Shown: positions 16,946-18,776 of the stretch, in pieces
Layout: each line of letters starts with the position of its first letter
How positions within the stretch are numbered: the first letter of the stretch is position 1
Assembly (NCBI GenBank): GCA_005222975.1
Contig: NJBI01000060.1
Coordinates: 1 to 18,776, forward strand
DNA length: 18,776 nt
Source: Promethearchaeota archaeon Loki_b31
GTDB lineage: Archaea; Asgardarchaeota; Lokiarchaeia; Sigyniarchaeales; SOKP01
Direction of reading: 5' to 3'
Notes under the pieces: model-generated
What the model was told of the DNA's origin: nothing
The model's input: only the letters and a program-made list of their open reading frames with translations
The model's database searches: none
Position numbers and translations under genes: made by a program

Positions 16946-18637
16946 TTATTTGAAGAGCTTCGCGTCTTCAAGAATTTTTTTATGATCGAAAGCTAAATCA
17001 ATATCTTTCAATTTTTCTTTGGGTATTATCTCTACTTTTTTAGAGTCGTCTCCGCTTCTCAATTCGGAGATATCTCCAATAATAGTACATTTGAAAGCTA
17101 TTGAATGAATGTTCCCTCTTGGGTCCCTTCCTTTTTCAGTATAAATACCAATTTTAGATTTAATTTTTACTTTTAGATTAGTTTCTTCCTTAACTTCCCT
17201 TACCAAGGCGTCGATTGGTTTTTCTCCTTTTTCGATAAATCCACCAGGGAGCGCATAAAAATTCTTGAATGGTGGATATTTTCTCTTAATTAAGATAACA
17301 TTTCCTTCTCGATCTTCGATTACGGCGTCAACAGTTTTCCCAACTTCTGATTTTTCTGTTTGTAATCTTATATACAAATAATAGCCAATTGTAGTAATTA
17401 GTATCCCCATTATAATCGCAGCGATGGCACCATTTAACACGGAAGTAATAAAAATTCCTTCTTGTAGATTTAACCATATCATTACAACTCCAGCTAGGTC
17501 AGCCAAAATTCCCGCCCCAAAAAGTAGTTTTAATAGATTAAGGCCTCTCTCAGTTCTTTCTTGATTTTCTTCGCTTTTTTTACGATGTAAATCTTTCATT
17601 ACATCGTATATTGAATTAAATTTTACATTTATGCGATTAACAATATTAGTTACTTCGAATTCATTTAGCAGATGTTTTAACACGCTGGTATAGTGTTGTC
17701 TTCTATTATAATCTAATTCGTTATATATTGCGCTTAGAGTTGTTTGAATCATACCCCTCAATAATCTTAAATTTCTAATTTTTTTCTCTATTGTGTTTAA
17801 ATCTTGAAACGCTTGCGTTTGCGTTTTCAAAAACAATAAATCTAGCGATTCATTTATCGAGCGCAGCGAAAATAATACTGCTCTCATTTTTTGAGTAGGA
17901 TCAATTACAAATTGTTTCATATAGGATTTAAAGAATTTTTCGTAATTTTCTTCAGCCATATAAACAAATCCAGAGTTCCTTCGTATAAAATGTAGTTCTG
18001 AGAGCCTGTTAGATAAATTATTTTGGATTCGTTTGTCAAATAAAGTATCCGAATAATCATCCCACTGCCCCGAATATATTTCTGTCCAATACCCTATTAC
18101 CTTCTTATATTTTTCAATATTTTCTGGATTCCAAATTATATCTCTGGGTTTGATTTTATTGGAAGTAACAAAGATATAAATAGGGCTTTCTGTATCAAAA
18201 TGAAGTCCCGTGTTCTCAGCTTTATTGTTAAATTCTTTTAAGATTTTTAAAAGAATAAGGGGTACTTGCTGAATTAGCATTGGCCTTAGAGATTCTTTTT
18301 TAGAAGGATTATCTTTATAATATTCTACTTCAAATTGAAAATATCCTAATGTATTATAGTCTCTTTCGGAATTTTCGTCCTTAAAGGGAAAATTAGATAA
18401 GCAGGTGACCCAACTACATTTAATAGAAATATTCCTAATTAATTCAAATAAATCTTCCTTAAGTTCTTTTTTGTATACATCCTCGTCCTTTAAGTTTTGG
18501 AATTTAGTTTTAATGAGATTCTCGATTTCTTTACTTTTTAATTCAACATTAATTTTAGAAGTATTTATGAACGCACTAATGAACCAAAACTCTTCTTTAT
18601 AGATAAATTGTAGAATTTCACTCATAATATCCAACAT
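16946..18637 (-). CDS. Membrane protein: large N-terminal soluble/coiled region, 2 TM helices, C-terminal Nudix hydrolase (ADP-ribose pyrophosphatase-like)
   Basis: Nudix box 'GFIEKGEKPIDALVREVKEETNL' (17242-17174) with 'TVDAVI', 'LIKRKYPPFK..ALPGG', 'RDPRG', 'SGDD' and 'LAFDH'. Two hydrophobic segments lie at about 17543-17370. The start is ATG 18637 or 18625. Confidence 0.88.
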   Translation of the reverse strand: MLDIMSEILQFIYKEEFWFISAFINTSKINVELKSKEIENLIKTKFQNLKDEDVYKKELKEDLFELIRNISIKCSWVTCLSNFPFKDENSERDYNTLGYFQFEVEYYKDNPSKKESLRPMLIQQVPLILLKILKEFNNKAENTGLHFDTESPIYIFVTSNKIKPRDIIWNPENIEKYKKVIGYWTEIYSGQWDDYSDTLFDKRIQNNLSNRLSELHFIRRNSGFVYMAEENYEKFFKSYMKQFVIDPTQKMRAVLFSLRSINESLDLLFLKTQTQAFQDLNTIEKKIRNLRLLRGMIQTTLSAIYNELDYNRRQHYTSVLKHLLNEFEVTNIVNRINVKFNSIYDVMKDLHRKKSEENQERTERGLNLLKLLFGAGILADLAGVVMIWLNLQEGIFITSVLNGAIAAIIMGILITTIGYYLYIRLQTEKSEVGKTVDAVIEDREGNVILIKRKYPPFKNFYALPGGFIEKGEKPIDALVREVKEETNLKVKIKSKIGIYTEKGRDPRGNIHSIAFKCTIIGDISELRSGDDSKKVEIIPKEKLKDIDLAFDHKKILEDAKLFK

Positions 18638-18776
18638 TAAAAATATTATTAGAGATTTTTCGTGTCAAAAATATTTAAAACTTTTTAAATCTTGAAATCG
18701 CTTCTTCGTTAACAAGAAATGTTGGAGGGAAGGGTATCTTCACCGAGGAAATTAATCAATATCATGAAAAAGAAAA

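Noticed and set aside
408-18602. Short antisense or nested ORFs in the track (408-623, 484-669, 4118-4366, 4838-5038, 5191-5415, 8217-8456, 8758-8940, 9310-9498, 9807-10031, 10146-10388, 12502-12690, 12935-13126, 13300-13515, 13982-14224, 14401-14604, 15127-15333, 15330-15527, 15819-16118, 16371-16598, 16583-16798, 18405-18602)
   Set aside because: All lie opposite well-supported genes, have no motifs, and show typical shadow-ORF composition.
16946-18637. Calling the Nudix fusion a canonical CorA Mg2+ transporter, an NrtR regulator or a CRISPR/defence effector
   Set aside because: It has no GMN motif and no C-terminal wHTH, and no cas, cyclase or NADase genes are visible in the window. Only the architectural resemblance is supported.
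18662-18776. Possible plus-strand gene start at the right edge; one frame reads 'RNVGGKGIFTEEINQ', resembling the HemC GGKGxFxxE motif
   Set aside because: That frame has no start after the stop at 18676 and lacks the HemC N-terminal motif. A competing frame (ATG 18719/18764) is also open. It cannot be resolved within the window.
1-18776. tRNA, rRNA, CRISPR arrays, IS elements, selenocysteine read-through
   Set aside because: I saw no GC-rich structured intergenic segments, regularly spaced repeats or transposase motifs. The two gene breaks are frame changes, not in-frame TGA codons.

Overview
An AT-rich archaeal chromosomal segment, most likely from an Asgard archaeon (Lokiarchaeia/Promethearchaeota-like). 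This is inferred from the Lsm-rpl37e pair, an archaeal-type SepF, a stand-alone roadblock/LC7 gene and the abundance of lipid/CoA catabolic paralogues; no marker-gene phylogeny was run. In order, the window holds: a DUF1847-like protein, a nitroreductase, a DUF35-thiolase-like-thiolase-like-DUF35 operon resembling actinobacterial ltp4/ltp3/Rv3521, SepF, three co-oriented orphan ORFs (the first probably split by a 1-nt frameshift), a ferredoxin-nitroreductase fusion divergent from an aldo/keto reductase, a 2-hydroxyacyl-CoA dehydratase/benzoyl-CoA-reductase-type subunit pair with no activator in the window, Lsm + L37e, a frameshifted membrane-anchored purple-acid-phosphatase-like gene, a translationally coupled roadblock + ThiF/MoeB (E1-like) pair, a multi-TM orphan, a gamma-class carbonic anhydrase-like gene, and a 563-aa protein combining a CorA-like layout (soluble domain, long helices, 2 TM) with a C-terminal ADP-ribose-pyrophosphatase-type Nudix domain. 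That last protein is the best candidate for a novel system (a possible nucleotide-gated channel-enzyme). I saw no rRNA, tRNA, CRISPR array or mobile element. All family calls come from motif recognition by eye, not database searches.
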